Of a stretch of 64,000 bases of DNA, positions 52,359 through 63,355 are shown in pieces. This DNA is from an uncultured bacterium (lineage in GTDB: Bacteria; Desulfobacterota; Deferrimicrobia; Deferrimicrobiales; Deferrimicrobiaceae), in NCBI GenBank assembly GCA_963764045.1, contig CAVXQW010000007.1:173630-237629 (forward strand), read 5' to 3'. The notes beneath the pieces are model-generated. The model saw only the letters and a list, made by a program, of their open reading frames with translations, ran no database searches and was not told the DNA's origin. Each line of letters starts with the position of its first letter. Positions within the stretch are counted from its first letter, which is position 1. Made by a program: the position numbers and the translations under genes.

Positions 52359-52387
52359 GCGGCCGGGGCGAAATCCGCCCCGGCCGC
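52359..52387. promoter_or_regulatory. Perfect 12-bp GC-rich hairpin between the SBP gene and livH
   Basis: GCGGCCGGGGCG-aaatc-CGCCCCGGCCGC. Confidence 0.6.
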
Positions 52388-52417
52388 AGGATGAAAACTG
52401 CGAAGATTACGGTAAGA

Positions 52418-53724
52418 TTACTTGGTGCGCTTGAATCCCGATTCGATCCAGTCCTTGCTCATCACGCCTTCGGGCGGGTTCACCTTTTCCTTCGGGATAC
52501 GTCTTGATGTTCGTGATGGTCAGCTTCCCCTTCACCACCTTGGTCGTGCCGTAGGAGATCCCCGTCACCGCCTGGTGTCCCTTTCCGAGCCCCATTTCGA
52601 CTTTCCCGCTCGGCGTGTCGAAGGTGAGATGCTCGAAGGAGGCGATCACCTGGTCCTGCGTCGGCGCCTCTCCCTTGTTCGCGGCCATCGCCTTCTCGTA
52701 CGCGGCCTTCACCCCCAGGAACGCCTGCACCATCCGGTAGGAGGGATAGGTGGGGGGAACGTCGTACCGCTCCGAGTATACCTTCTGGAACCAGCGGTTG
52801 AGCTCCGTATTGGGCGCGAAAACCCCGACGGTTCCCTTCCCGCCGAGGACCGTCCCGTCGGGAATCTTGTTCCCCAGGCGGTACATGATGTGCTCGCCGC
52901 ACGTCAGGACCACCGTGCTCTTCTTGAACAGGCCCCGCGGAGCCGCCTGCAGGACGAAACTTTCCGTGTCGCCTCCCCAGAAACTGGAATGGATGACATC
53001 CGAGTTGCTGGCGAGCAGCACGGAGATCTCGGCCCCGAACTGGCCCGACATGAGCTTCGTCATCTGGGAGGTGCCGACGTGTCGCCTTCGGCGCGAGGAT
53101 CTTCATGGCCGCCTCGAAATCGGACCAGGAATCCTGCCCCCACGCGTAGTTCTGGTTGATGCCGGAGTACTTCTTGATGTTGGGCTTCATCTCCGTCACG
53201 TAGAGCGCGGCCCCGACGCTGTCCATCGTCGAATGGCTGCCGGTGCGGAACACGTACTTGTAGCTCGCATCCTCGAAGATGCGCGGCGTCCCGCTGTCGA
53301 AGAACACGGTCAGCTTTTTCAGTTCCTCGGCGACCGGCGCGATCGCAAGCGTATCGCCGCTCGAAATGTAGCCGATCACGAGGTCCACGTTTTGCCGCTG
53401 GACCAGGTTCCGGTACTCCGTCACCTGCTTCGTGGTCCCGCCGGCTTCGTCGAGGTACACCACTTCGATGGGCGCCCCGCCGAGTCCCTTGGTCGCGTAG
53501 CCGGGAATCTTGCCGCCCGCGTTGAGGGCCTCGACAAGGACTTCCGCGCCGTTCCGGGCCGGCACGCCGAACGGGCCCGCGGCGGGTCCCGAAAGGAAGG
53601 TGACGATCCCGATCTTGATCGGCTTCTGCTCATCGGCGGGCGCGGATATGGCGAACCCCACTGCGATGAGAACCGTTACGAACGCGACGAAAAGAATCCT
53701 TCCCGAACCGGACCGTTTCTGCAT
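52418..53724 (-). CDS. Liv-type ABC substrate-binding protein (Sec-type signal; frameshifts near 53070 and 52490)
   Basis: IGIVTFLSGPAAGPFG, DLVIGYISSG, SSFWGGD, TFDTPSG; C-terminus ...KDWIESGFKRTK*. Confidence 0.87.
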
Positions 53725-53775
53725 CGTTTCATCCCTCCCTTTCAGTGGTGAGCGGATTGCCTCCCCCGCACCAAC

Positions 53776-53791
53776 TTCCACTCGAGTGGAA
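53776..53791. promoter_or_regulatory. Perfect 16-bp palindrome, candidate operator in a divergent promoter
   Basis: TTCCACTCGAGTGGAA, 52 nt upstream of the SBP start. Confidence 0.5.
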
Positions 53792-54028
53792 TTGCATTGG
53801 CGGGAAATTGTTCAGGACGATAGCATGCCCTCGAAGGATGCTCAATATCCTTAATGCGGGGGAAGTCACTTCCGGACTTCCTCCGTTGTTTCATGCTGTT
53901 TACAACTCCTGCTGATCCTTGGTACCCTCCTATCGACCGTCTCTTTGACATCAAGGGATTCGTAGAGGACGAGCGGGTGCGGAAACGGTACCTGGCCGTC
54001 CGAGCCGTTTCCGCGAGAGGAGGAAGGA

Positions 54029-55194
54029 ATGGACCAGAACTGGATATTCCGGACGACGCCGAGGATCGTTTTCGGGTCCGGGTCGGTCGGGCAGGCGGGG
54101 ACCGAGGCGAAAGCGGCGGGGATCTCCCGCGCCCTGCTGGTGACGGACCCGGGGGTCAAGGCGGCGGGGATCAGCGGCGCGGTGGAAAAGGCGCTGCGCT
54201 CCGCGGGGATCGAGGTCGTCGTGTACGACGCCGTGGAGTCCGACCCCCGGATCGAGGTCGTCGAGAAGTGCGCTTCGGCCGCCCGCGACGGGAAATGCGA
54301 CGGCGTGGTGGCCGTCGGCGGCGGGAGCGCCCTCGACATCGGGAAACTGGCCGCGGTGATGCGGACGAACGAGGGACCCATCGGGAAATATTTCGGGATC
54401 GACCTCGTCCCGTCCCCCGGGTTGCCCATGGTCCTCCTGCCCACCACGTCGGGGACCGGGTCGGAGGTGACTCCCATCGCCGTCCTGTCCGACGAGGGCG
54501 AACACTTGAAGAAAGGGGTGGTGAGCCCGTACCTGTTCCCGAGGGTGGCGATCCTGGACCCGTCACTGACGCTCGGGTGCCCCCCGGGCGTGACGGCGGC
54601 GTCGGGCATGGACGCCCTCATCCACGGGATCGAGTCGTACACGTCGATCCACGCGAGCCGGTTCACCGAATTTCTCGCCTACAAGGCGGTCGAAACGATC
54701 GCGGGGAGCCTGCGCACCGCCTACGCCAACGGGGCGGACCTGGAGGCCCGGACCCGGATGATGGAAGGGAGCTTGTGGGCCGGGATGGCGTTCGCGAACT
54801 CCGGTGTGGCCGCGGTCCACGCCTTCGCCTACCCGCTGGGCGGGGAGTACCACGTCCCGCACGGAATCGCGAACACGGTGATGCTGCCGTACGTCATGCG
54901 GTTCAACATGGTCGGGTCGCTGAAGCGGTACGCCGACCTCGGCCCCGCGCTGGGCGCCGCGGAGGCTGCGGTCGCGGGATGACCGACACCGACCGGGCCG
55001 AGGCGGCGATCGCGGCCGTCGAGCGGCTGGCCGACGACATACGGGTGCCGAGACGGCTTCGGGACCTGAACATTCCGGAGTCGGGAATCCCCGTCATGGC
55101 CGAGGGCGTGATGAAGGTGACCCGGCTGCTGGCGAACAATCCGCGAACGATGACCGTCCAGGATGCGGAGGCCATCTACCGAAACGCGTACTGA
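54029..55194 (+). CDS. Iron-containing alcohol dehydrogenase (frameshift near 54975)
   Basis: GGGSALD, PTTSGTGSE, DALIHGIE, HAFAY, HVPHG; C-terminus LANNPR. Confidence 0.9.
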
Positions 55195-55230
55195 TCCGCA
55201 ACCGGAGATCCCAAGGAGGAGCGAGACGCC

Positions 55231-56665
55231 ATGGCTACAGTAGCGAAGACCTACCGGCTGTACATCGACGGGAAATGGGAAGACGGCAAGGAGACGATGC
55301 CGGCGATCGACAAGTTCACCGGCGAGACGATCGGACTGGTCCCCCTCGCCGACAAGGCGGCGGTCGACCGTGCGATCGCGGCCGCCCACAAGGCGTTCCC
55401 CGCCTGGTCGCGGACGCCCGCCCACAAACGGTACCAGATCCTGAGCAAGGCGTGCCAACTCCTCGAGAAGCAGCAGGAGGAGATCGCCGCGATCATCTGC
55501 CGGGAGGCGGGGAAGGCGTGGAAATATTCGATGGGTGAAGTCTCCCGGTCGATCGAGACGTACCGGTTCTCCGCCGAGGAGGCGAAGCGGATCCACGGCG
55601 AGACGGTGCCGATGGACGCCAGCGCGGCCGGCGAGGGCCGGGTCGGGTTCTGGCTCCGCTCCCCTCTGGGCGTGGTCTCGGCGATCACCCCCTTCAACTT
55701 TCCACTGAACCTGGTGGCCCACAAGGTGGGGCCCGCGTTGGCGGTCGGGAACACGATCGTCCTGAAGCCCGCGTCCACGACGCCGCTGTCGGCGATCAAG
55801 CTGGCGGAGATCCTGGAGGAGGCGGGGGTCCCCGCAGGGGTCTTCAACGTCGTCGTCGGGTCGGGCGGCACGGTGGGCGAGTGGCTGACGGTGGACCCGC
55901 GGATCGCCAAGATCTCCTTCACCGGCTCGCCCCCCGTGGGAGAGCAGATCATCCGGAAGGCGGGCCTGAAAAAAGTGACGATGGAACTGGGGAACAACTC
56001 CGGCACGATCATCGAGCCGGACGCCGACCTTTCGGCGGCGGTTCCCCGGTGCGTGATGAGTTCCTTCGCCAACTCCGGGCAGGTGTGCATCTCCCTGCAG
56101 CGGCTCTACGTCCACAAGGCGGTCGCGGCGGAGTTCACGAAGCGGTTCGTCGAGGAGACCGAAGAAGCTGAAAGTGGGCAATCCGCTCGAGAAGGATTGC
56201 GACGTGGGCCCGATGATCGAGGAGAAGGAGGCGATCCGGGCGGAGGAGTGGGTGAAGGAGGCGGTCAAGGAAGGGGCGAAGGTGCTGATCGGCGGGAAGC
56301 GCGAGGGGCGGATGATGCACCCCACGGTGCTGGTGAACGTGCGCTCCGAGATGAAGGTGATGTGCCAGGAGGCGTTCGCCCCGCTGGTCTCCATCTACGA
56401 GTACGAGTCGTTCGAGGATGCGGTGGCGATGGTCGAGAATTCCCCGTACGGGCTGCAGGCGGGGGTCTACACCAACGATCTGAAAAAGGCGATGTACGCC
56501 GTGGACCGGATCAACGTCGGCGGAGTGATGATCAACGACACCTCCATCTTCCGCGTGGACCACATGCCGTACGGAGGGAACAAGCTCTCGGGCCTCGGCC
56601 GCGAGGGCGTCCGCTTCGCCTGCGAGGAGATGACCAGCATCAAGATGGTGATGATCAAGCCGTAA
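55231..56665 (+). CDS. NAD(P)-dependent aldehyde dehydrogenase (frameshift near 56160)
   Basis: ITPFNFPLNL, FTGS, ELG, GQVC, EAFAP, PYGGNKLSGLGREG. Confidence 0.92.
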
Positions 56666-56698
56666 ATCCGCGGGTCGCTTTCCACGGGGCGGGTTCCC

Positions 56699-56743
56699 AT
56701 GGCGTCCAATGGTCCCGGATGGGACCATTTGGACGCCATTTTT
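56699..56743 (+). terminator. Rho-independent terminator after the ALDH gene
   Basis: ATGGCGTCCAATGGTCCC-ggat-GGGACCATTTGGACGCCAT stem (one-base asymmetry) followed by TTTT. Confidence 0.72.
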
Positions 56744-56771
56744 ATGGAATAATTGCCATGCCATCCAGGTT

Positions 56772-56789
56772 TCGGAATATCATTTCCGA
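56772..56789. promoter_or_regulatory. Inverted repeat, candidate operator upstream of the E2-E3-E1 operon
   Basis: TCGGAA-N6-TTCCGA, 36 nt before the ATG. Confidence 0.35.
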
Positions 56790-56825
56790 TAGGCGCGCTC
56801 GCGTCCGAAAGGGGCTTGGCGGACC

Positions 56826-58027
56826 ATGCCGATCGAACTGAAGCTCCCCGACGTGGGGGAGGGGATTGCGGAGGGGGAAGTCGTCCGCTGGCTGGTGGCG
56901 GAAGGGGACCAGGTCAAGGAGGACGACCCGCTGGTAGAGATCCTGACCGACAAGGCGAACATCGAGATCCCTTCGCCGGTGACCGGGACCGTGGTGACGA
57001 TCCTCGCGGCCCCCGGCCAGATCGTGAAGGTGGGCGGGCCCCTCGTCCTGATCGAGCCCGCTGCGGGGCAGGCCGTCTCCACGCATCCCATTGCACCCGT
57101 CCCGGATTCTCCGCGGCATATCCCACGGGCAAGACCGGATCCATGGAGGACCCCCTTTCGGCGAAGAGTCGCCCCGCCTCCGGCGACGTGCTCGCCATTC
57201 CCGTCGTTCGGAAACTGGCGAAGGACCTCGGCGTGGCGCTCGAAGATGTCCCTGGAAGCGGCCCCGGCGGCCGGATCCTCGAGGAGGACGTGCGGCGGGC
57301 GGCGGGGTCGAAGGGATCGGCGGGGGTCCCCGCGGAGTCGGCGTCGGAGGAGCGGATTCCCTTCAGGGGAAAGCGCAGAATGATCGCGCGGAAGATGGTG
57401 GCCGCGAAGACCCGTGTTCCCCACGCCCTGCTGGTGGACGAGGCCGACGTCTCGGGTCTCCTGGCCGAGCGCACGAGGATTCGGGAGACCGGCGAATGGG
57501 CGGGGGTGCGGATCACCATCCTCCCCTTCATCATGAAGGCGGTCGCAGGGGCGCTCCAGCGGCATCCCGCCCTCAATGCCTCTCTCGACGAGGACCGCGA
57601 GGAGATCATCCTCAAGAAGAGGATCGACGTCGGGATGGCCGTGGACGCCCGGGATGGATTGGTCGTCCCGGTCGTCCGCAACGCCGACGCGAAATCGCTC
57701 ATCGAACTGGCCAGGGAGATCGAACGTCTCTCGGAGGCGTCCCGGGAGGGGACCCTCGCCCCCGGGGACCAGACCGGCGGCTCCTTCACGATCTCCAGCG
57801 TCGGCTCGATCGGGGGGCTGTTCAGCTACCCCATCATCAATGTTCCGGAGGCGGCCATCCTGGCGGCGCACAAGATCGTGACCAGGCCCGTGGTCCGCGA
57901 CGGGGAGATCGTCCCCCGCGAGATGATGTACTTGAGCCTCTCCTTCGATCACCGTATCGTGGATGGCGGGGAAGCGACGCGATTCCTGAACGAGGTCGTC
58001 CGGCGCATCGAGGCGTCGGCGATATGA
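56826..58027 (+). CDS. Dihydrolipoamide acyltransferase E2, single lipoyl domain (frameshift near 57090)
   Basis: LPDVGEG, TDKA (lipoyl-Lys), PVVRKLA, SFDHRIVDG. Confidence 0.9.
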
Positions 58028-58043
58028 CGGAAAGGATCTCCCG

Positions 58044-59414
58044 ATGAAGCAATTCGACCTGGTGGTGATCGGCGCGGGCCCCGGCGGCTACGTGGCGGCG
58101 ATCCGCGCGGCCCAGCTGGGGATGCGCGTGGCGGTGGCCGAACGCGACAAGCCCGGCGGGGTGTGCGTCAACTGGGGGTGCATCCCGTCCAAGGCGATCC
58201 TCACCTCCGCGGGATTGTTCGAGGATATGCGCAACGCCGAGGCGTTCGGGATCCGCTGCCAGGGGCTTTCCGCGGATTACGGCGCCGTCATCCGGCGAAG
58301 CCGGAAGGTGGCGGACCGGATGTCCCGCGGCGTGACGTACCTCTTCAAGAAGAACGGGATCACGCTCTTTACCGCGGGCGCGACGGTTCTCTCGCCGACT
58401 ACCGTTCGGGTAGGGGAGGAGGAGCTCTCGGTGAAGAACATCCTCGTGGCCTCCGGAACGTCGGTGCGGGGGCTTCCGGGGATCGAGCCCGACGGACGGG
58501 AGATCCTGACCAGCGACGATGCCCTCGCGCAGGAGACGCTTCCAGGCTCCGTGATCGTCCTCGGGGGCGGCGCGGTGGGGGTGGAGTTCGCCTACGTCTA
58601 CCGGTCGTTCGGCGCCGACGTGGCGATCGTCGAGATGGAGGACCAGCTTCTCCCGCGCACCGACCGCGAAGTGGCGAAGGAGCTGGAGAAGATCCTCGGG
58701 AAGCAGGGGATCCGGGTGCTGACCTCCGCCCCGGCGAAAGGATTCGACAAGGCGACCCGGACGTTGACGGTTTCCTCAGGTGGCAAAGAGGAGACCCTCA
58801 CCGCCGAGAAACTCCTCGTCGCCGTTGGGCGCAAGGTGCTCTCCGCCGAGATGGGGCTGGAAGCGTGCGGAGTGGAGATCGAGCGCGGCTTCGTCAAGGT
58901 GGACGACCGGCTCCGGACCGCCTGTCCCACGATCTGGGCGATCGGCGACGTGATCGGCGGGATGATGCTGGCCCACAAGGCGTCCGCGGAAGGCGTCGTC
59001 GTGGCCGAGGCGATCGCGGGGAAGGAAGTTCGCCGCCCCGACCCGGACCGGATTCCCTCGTGCGTCTACTGCCGTCCCGAGGTGGCCACGATCGGCCTGT
59101 CCGAGGAGGAGGCGAAGCGGCGCGGGATCGAATACAAGGTGTCGAAGTTCCCCTTCACCGCGCTCGGGAAGGCGGTCGCATCCGGACACACCGACGGATT
59201 CGTCAAGATGATCGCGGACGCGAAATACGGCGAGGTGATCGGCTGCCACATCCTCGGCGTCGGCGCGCCGGACATGATCGCGGAGCTCTCCCTCGCGCGT
59301 TCCCTCGAGGCGACGTTCCGCGAGATCGGCCGCACCGTCCATGCGCACCCCACCCTCCCGGAGGCGATCCGGGAGGCGGCGCTCATGCTCGGCGGCGAGT
59401 CGATCGATATATAA
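58044..59414 (+). CDS. lpdA: Dihydrolipoamide dehydrogenase E3
   Basis: GAGPGGY, GGVCVNWGCIPSK, GGGAVG, HAHPTLPE. Confidence 0.95.
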   Translation: MKQFDLVVIGAGPGGYVAAIRAAQLGMRVAVAERDKPGGVCVNWGCIPSKAILTSAGLFEDMRNAEAFGIRCQGLSADYGAVIRRSRKVADRMSRGVTYLFKKNGITLFTAGATVLSPTTVRVGEEELSVKNILVASGTSVRGLPGIEPDGREILTSDDALAQETLPGSVIVLGGGAVGVEFAYVYRSFGADVAIVEMEDQLLPRTDREVAKELEKILGKQGIRVLTSAPAKGFDKATRTLTVSSGGKEETLTAEKLLVAVGRKVLSAEMGLEACGVEIERGFVKVDDRLRTACPTIWAIGDVIGGMMLAHKASAEGVVVAEAIAGKEVRRPDPDRIPSCVYCRPEVATIGLSEEEAKRRGIEYKVSKFPFTALGKAVASGHTDGFVKMIADAKYGEVIGCHILGVGAPDMIAELSLARSLEATFREIGRTVHAHPTLPEAIREAALMLGGESIDI

Positions 59415-59433
59415 CTTTTCACGAGAGGGCGCC

Positions 59434-60411
59434 ATGACCGAGCAGAAAGACCGGGAGCTGTACCGCTGGCTCCGCCTCATCCGCGGGTTCGAGGACCGGG
59501 TTTCCGCGCTGGACAAGCAGGGGAAGCTCATGGGCGGGGTCTACTCGGGGAAAGGACAGGAGGCGGTGACGGTCGGTATCTGCCACGACCTGCGGTTGGA
59601 CGACTGGATCTTCCCGCTGCACCGGGACCTGGGAGCCTATCTCGTCAAGGGGGCCGACCCGAAGCGGCTGATGGCGCAGATCTTCGGCAAGCGGGACGGC
59701 TTCGCGAAGGGAAAAGACTCCTACCTTCACGGCGGGGACATCGCGAACGGGATCTTCGGCGCGACCTCCATGCTGGCTGCGACCTTGCCGGTCGCGGCCG
59801 GGATGGCGTACAAGTTCAAGATCCGCAAGGAGGACCGCGTCGCGATCGCCTTCTTCGGAGAGGGGGCGAGCAGCCGGGGCGACGTCCACGAGGCGATGAA
59901 CTTCGCCGGCGTGCACAAGCTCCCCGTGATCTTCGTCTGCGAGAACAATTTCTACGCCTACTCCACGCCGAACGAACTGCAGTTCGGCGTGGACGACGTG
60001 GCGGACCGCGCGGTGGGTTATGGCTTCAAGGGCGAGGTGGTCGTCGGGAACGATCTCCACGCCGTGATGAAGTCGGCCGGGAAGGCGATCGACCGCGCGC
60101 GGAGGGGAGACGGCCCGACGTTGATCGAGTGCAAGACGTACCGGTACCATGGACACTCCGAGCACGACCGGGCCGACTACCGGTCGGAGGAAGAGGTGAT
60201 CACCTGGGAGAGCCGTGACCCGATCTTCCTGTGGGAGAACTACCTCGAAAAGAGAAAGTACGACATCGCCGCCATCCGGAAAGAGACGACCGAGGAGGTG
60301 ACGCGGATCGTGGACGAGGCGGTCGCGTTCGCGGAAGGAAGCCCCGCTCCGGCGGGGCCCGAGGCGATGGAAGACCTGTACGCCATGCCGATCGACACGG
60401 AGGCCCGGTAA
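59434..60411 (+). CDS. 2-oxoacid dehydrogenase E1 alpha subunit
   Basis: GQEA, GEGASSRGDVHEAMN, ENNFYAYS, YRYHGHSEHD. Confidence 0.92.
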   Translation: MTEQKDRELYRWLRLIRGFEDRVSALDKQGKLMGGVYSGKGQEAVTVGICHDLRLDDWIFPLHRDLGAYLVKGADPKRLMAQIFGKRDGFAKGKDSYLHGGDIANGIFGATSMLAATLPVAAGMAYKFKIRKEDRVAIAFFGEGASSRGDVHEAMNFAGVHKLPVIFVCENNFYAYSTPNELQFGVDDVADRAVGYGFKGEVVVGNDLHAVMKSAGKAIDRARRGDGPTLIECKTYRYHGHSEHDRADYRSEEEVITWESRDPIFLWENYLEKRKYDIAAIRKETTEEVTRIVDEAVAFAEGSPAPAGPEAMEDLYAMPIDTEAR

Positions 60412-60413
60412 CG

Positions 60414-61388
60414 ATGCTCGTCACCTACATCGAGGCGATCCGGCAGGCCATGGACGAGGAGCTGGCGCGGGACGGGAATGTCCTGCTGATGGGGGAGGAC
60501 GTCGGGGTGCTGGGCGGCGCCTTCAAGGCGTCCGCGGGACTCCAGGAGAAGCACGGCGCCGACCGGGTGGTCGACATGCCCATCTCCGAGTCGCTGATCG
60601 TCGGTGCCGGCGTCGGACTCGCGGTCCAGGGGATGCGCCCGATCCTCGAAATGCAGTTCATCGACTTCATCTCCTGCGGCTTCGACCAGATCGTGAACTC
60701 GGCCGCGACGCTTCGTTACCGCCACGGCGGGCAAACCGCCTGCCCGATCGTGGTCCGGGGTCCGTCGGGCGGCGGGGTCCACGGCGGCCTGTACCACTCC
60801 CAGAACCCGGAGGCGTGGTTCTGCCACGTCCCCGGCCTCAAGGTGGTGGCTCCGGCGACGGCGTACGACGCGAAGGGACTGCTCAAGTCCGCCATCCGGG
60901 ACGACGACCCGGTGATCTACTTCGAGCACAAGTTCCTCTATCGGCGGATCAAGGAAGAGATTCCCGTGGAGGAGTACCTGGTCCCCATCGGGAAAGCGGC
61001 GCTGCGCAAGGAGGGGCGGGACCTCACCGTCATCACCTACGGCGCCCCGGTCCACGCGGTGATGAAGGCGGCGCGGGACATGGCCGCGGAGGTGGACATC
61101 GAGGTGATCGACCTGCGGACCCTCCTGCCGATCGACTGGGCGACGGTGAAGGCTTCCGTGCGGAAGACGGGAAAGGCGCTGATCGTCCACGAGGCGCGCC
61201 TGACCGGGGGGATCGGGGGGGAGGTCGCCGCGCGGATCGCGCAGGATTGCTTCGAGGAGCTGGACGGGCCGGTCATGCGCCTGGCGGCGCGGGATGCCCA
61301 CACACCGTTCGCCCCGGCGATGGAGGACTACGTCCTGCCGAACCAGGAGAAGATCACCGAGGCGATCCGGAAACTCGCCGCGTATTAA
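60414..61388 (+). CDS. 2-oxoacid dehydrogenase E1 beta subunit
   Basis: GEDVG, DMPISE, FDQIVN, GGLYHSQNPE, VIDLRTL. Confidence 0.93.
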   Translation: MLVTYIEAIRQAMDEELARDGNVLLMGEDVGVLGGAFKASAGLQEKHGADRVVDMPISESLIVGAGVGLAVQGMRPILEMQFIDFISCGFDQIVNSAATLRYRHGGQTACPIVVRGPSGGGVHGGLYHSQNPEAWFCHVPGLKVVAPATAYDAKGLLKSAIRDDDPVIYFEHKFLYRRIKEEIPVEEYLVPIGKAALRKEGRDLTVITYGAPVHAVMKAARDMAAEVDIEVIDLRTLLPIDWATVKASVRKTGKALIVHEARLTGGIGGEVAARIAQDCFEELDGPVMRLAARDAHTPFAPAMEDYVLPNQEKITEAIRKLAAY

Positions 61389-61405
61389 AGAAGGAGCGTG
61401 AAGCG

Positions 61406-62711
61406 ATGCTCATCGACGTCGTGATGCCGCAGCTCGGGGAAAGCGTGGTGGAAGGGGTCGTGGTGAAGTGGCTCGTGGAAGTGGGGGAGCTGGTCTCCAA
61501 GGACCAGCCCCTGCTCGAGATCTCCACGGACAAGGTGGACGCGGAGATCCCCTCGCCGTCCGCGGGGCGGGTCGCGCAGATCCTGGTCAAGCCGGGAGAG
61601 ACGGTCCCCATTCTGGCGGTGCTGGCGAAACTCGAGACGGACCCGGCGGCCTCCCAGCCCGCCCCCGAATCGGCGCCGAAATGGGACGAGGAGACCGAGG
61701 GGTTCCCCGGCCACATGGCGCGGAAGACGGAACCGCCAATCCCGGCGCCCCCGCGCATCGAGCCGTCCGCCTCCCCGCCCCCGCCGCCTCCGACGACCGG
61801 GCGGATCCGGATCACCCCGGTGGTGGGCCGGATGGCCGCCGAGCATGACCTGGATCTGTCGATGATTCCAGGCACCGGCATCGACGGGCGGGTGACGCGG
61901 AAGGATGTGGAAGGATACCTTGCGTCCCCCGCCGCGGGTTCCGCCGTGTCGGCGAAGAAGCCCAAATCCGCGGAGGCCAGGGGGGCGCTCCCGAGGGTTC
62001 CGAAAGTTCCGCCTCCATCCCTTAGCGAAGGGGACCAGGTCGTGCCGTGGACGCCGATCCGGAAGAAGATCGTCGAGCACATGGTCCGGAGCAAGCAGAC
62101 ATCGCCCCACGTCCACATCTTCGCCGAGGTGGACATGCACGCGGTGGTGGCGATTCGGGCCAAAGCGAAAAAGGAGGGCATGAACCTCACCTACCTTCCG
62201 TTCGTGATCCACGCCGCCGCGAAGGCGCTGCGTGAAACTCCGGTCATGAACGCCATCGTGTCCGGAGAGAACACGGTATTGAAAAAGGATATCCACATCG
62301 CCGTCGCGGTCGACACGGAGAAGGGTCTGCTCGTCCCGGTGCTGCGCCACGCGGACCGGATGTCCCTGAAGGAGATCTCCGCCGCGATGGACGACTTCGG
62401 CGCGCGGGCGAAGTCGGGGAAGATCTCCCCGGACGAACTCTCGGGGGGCACCTTCAGCATCACCAACCCGGGGATCAGGGGGAACCTCTTCGGCACCCCG
62501 ATCATCAACCAGCCGCAGGTGGGGATTCTCCGACTCGGGCCAGATCGTGAAGCGTCCGGTGGTGATCGACGTGGACGGCGATGATTCCATCGCGATCCGG
62601 CCGATGATGTATCTCTGCTGCGCGTACGATCACCGCGTCATCGACGGCGTGGCGGGAAACGGCTTCCTGTACCGTGTCCGGGAGATCCTCGAAGCCGGGG
62701 ATTTCCCTTAG
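61406..62711 (+). CDS. Second dihydrolipoamide acyltransferase E2 (frameshift near 62540)
   Basis: [12 protein letters not shown] (lipoyl-Lys), [17 protein letters not shown]. Confidence 0.9.
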
Positions 62712-62728
62712 AGTCGAAAGGGCGCTCC

Positions 62729-63355
62729 GTGGAGATCGTCTGGCTGGGAGAGGTCGGGTACCGGGAGGCGCTCGATCTCCAGCTTTCCTGCCTGGATCGC
62801 AGGGCGGCCCGGCGGATCCGGGACACCCTGCTTCTTCTCACCCACCCGCATGTGTACACCCTGGGCCGCGGCGGAGACGAGGCGAACCTGCTCGTCCCGA
62901 GGGAATCGCTCGCGGCGGAGGGGATCGCGGTGGAGCGCGTCGGACGGGGCGGAGACATCACCTACCATGGTCCGGGGCAGCTGGTCGGCTACCCGATCGT
63001 CCTGATGGAGAAGCCGGACGTCCACAAGTTCGTCCGGTCGATCGAGGCGGCGCTGATCGACGCCGTGCGCGTGTTCGGCGTCGAGTCCCGGCGGATCGAG
63101 GGGCTGACAGGCGTGTGGGCGGGGGAGCGGAAGATCGCCTCCATCGGCGTCGGCATCAGGAAGTGGGTCACCTACCACGGCTTCGCGCTGAACGTGACGA
63201 CCGATCTATCCCGGTTCCGGCGTATCCACCTGTGCGGCCTCAAGGGACGGGAGGCGACGTCGATCGCCGAGGAGACAGGGAACGTCCCGACGATGGAGGC
63301 GGTGCGCGACGAGGTGGCCGCGGCGTGCAACCGCCACCTGGAGGGGTTCGCATGA
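62729..63355 (+). CDS. lipB: Lipoyl(octanoyl) transferase
   Basis: [37 protein letters not shown]. Confidence 0.94.
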   Translation: MEIVWLGEVGYREALDLQLSCLDRRAARRIRDTLLLLTHPHVYTLGRGGDEANLLVPRESLAAEGIAVERVGRGGDITYHGPGQLVGYPIVLMEKPDVHKFVRSIEAALIDAVRVFGVESRRIEGLTGVWAGERKIASIGVGIRKWVTYHGFALNVTTDLSRFRRIHLCGLKGREATSIAEETGNVPTMEAVRDEVAAACNRHLEGFA

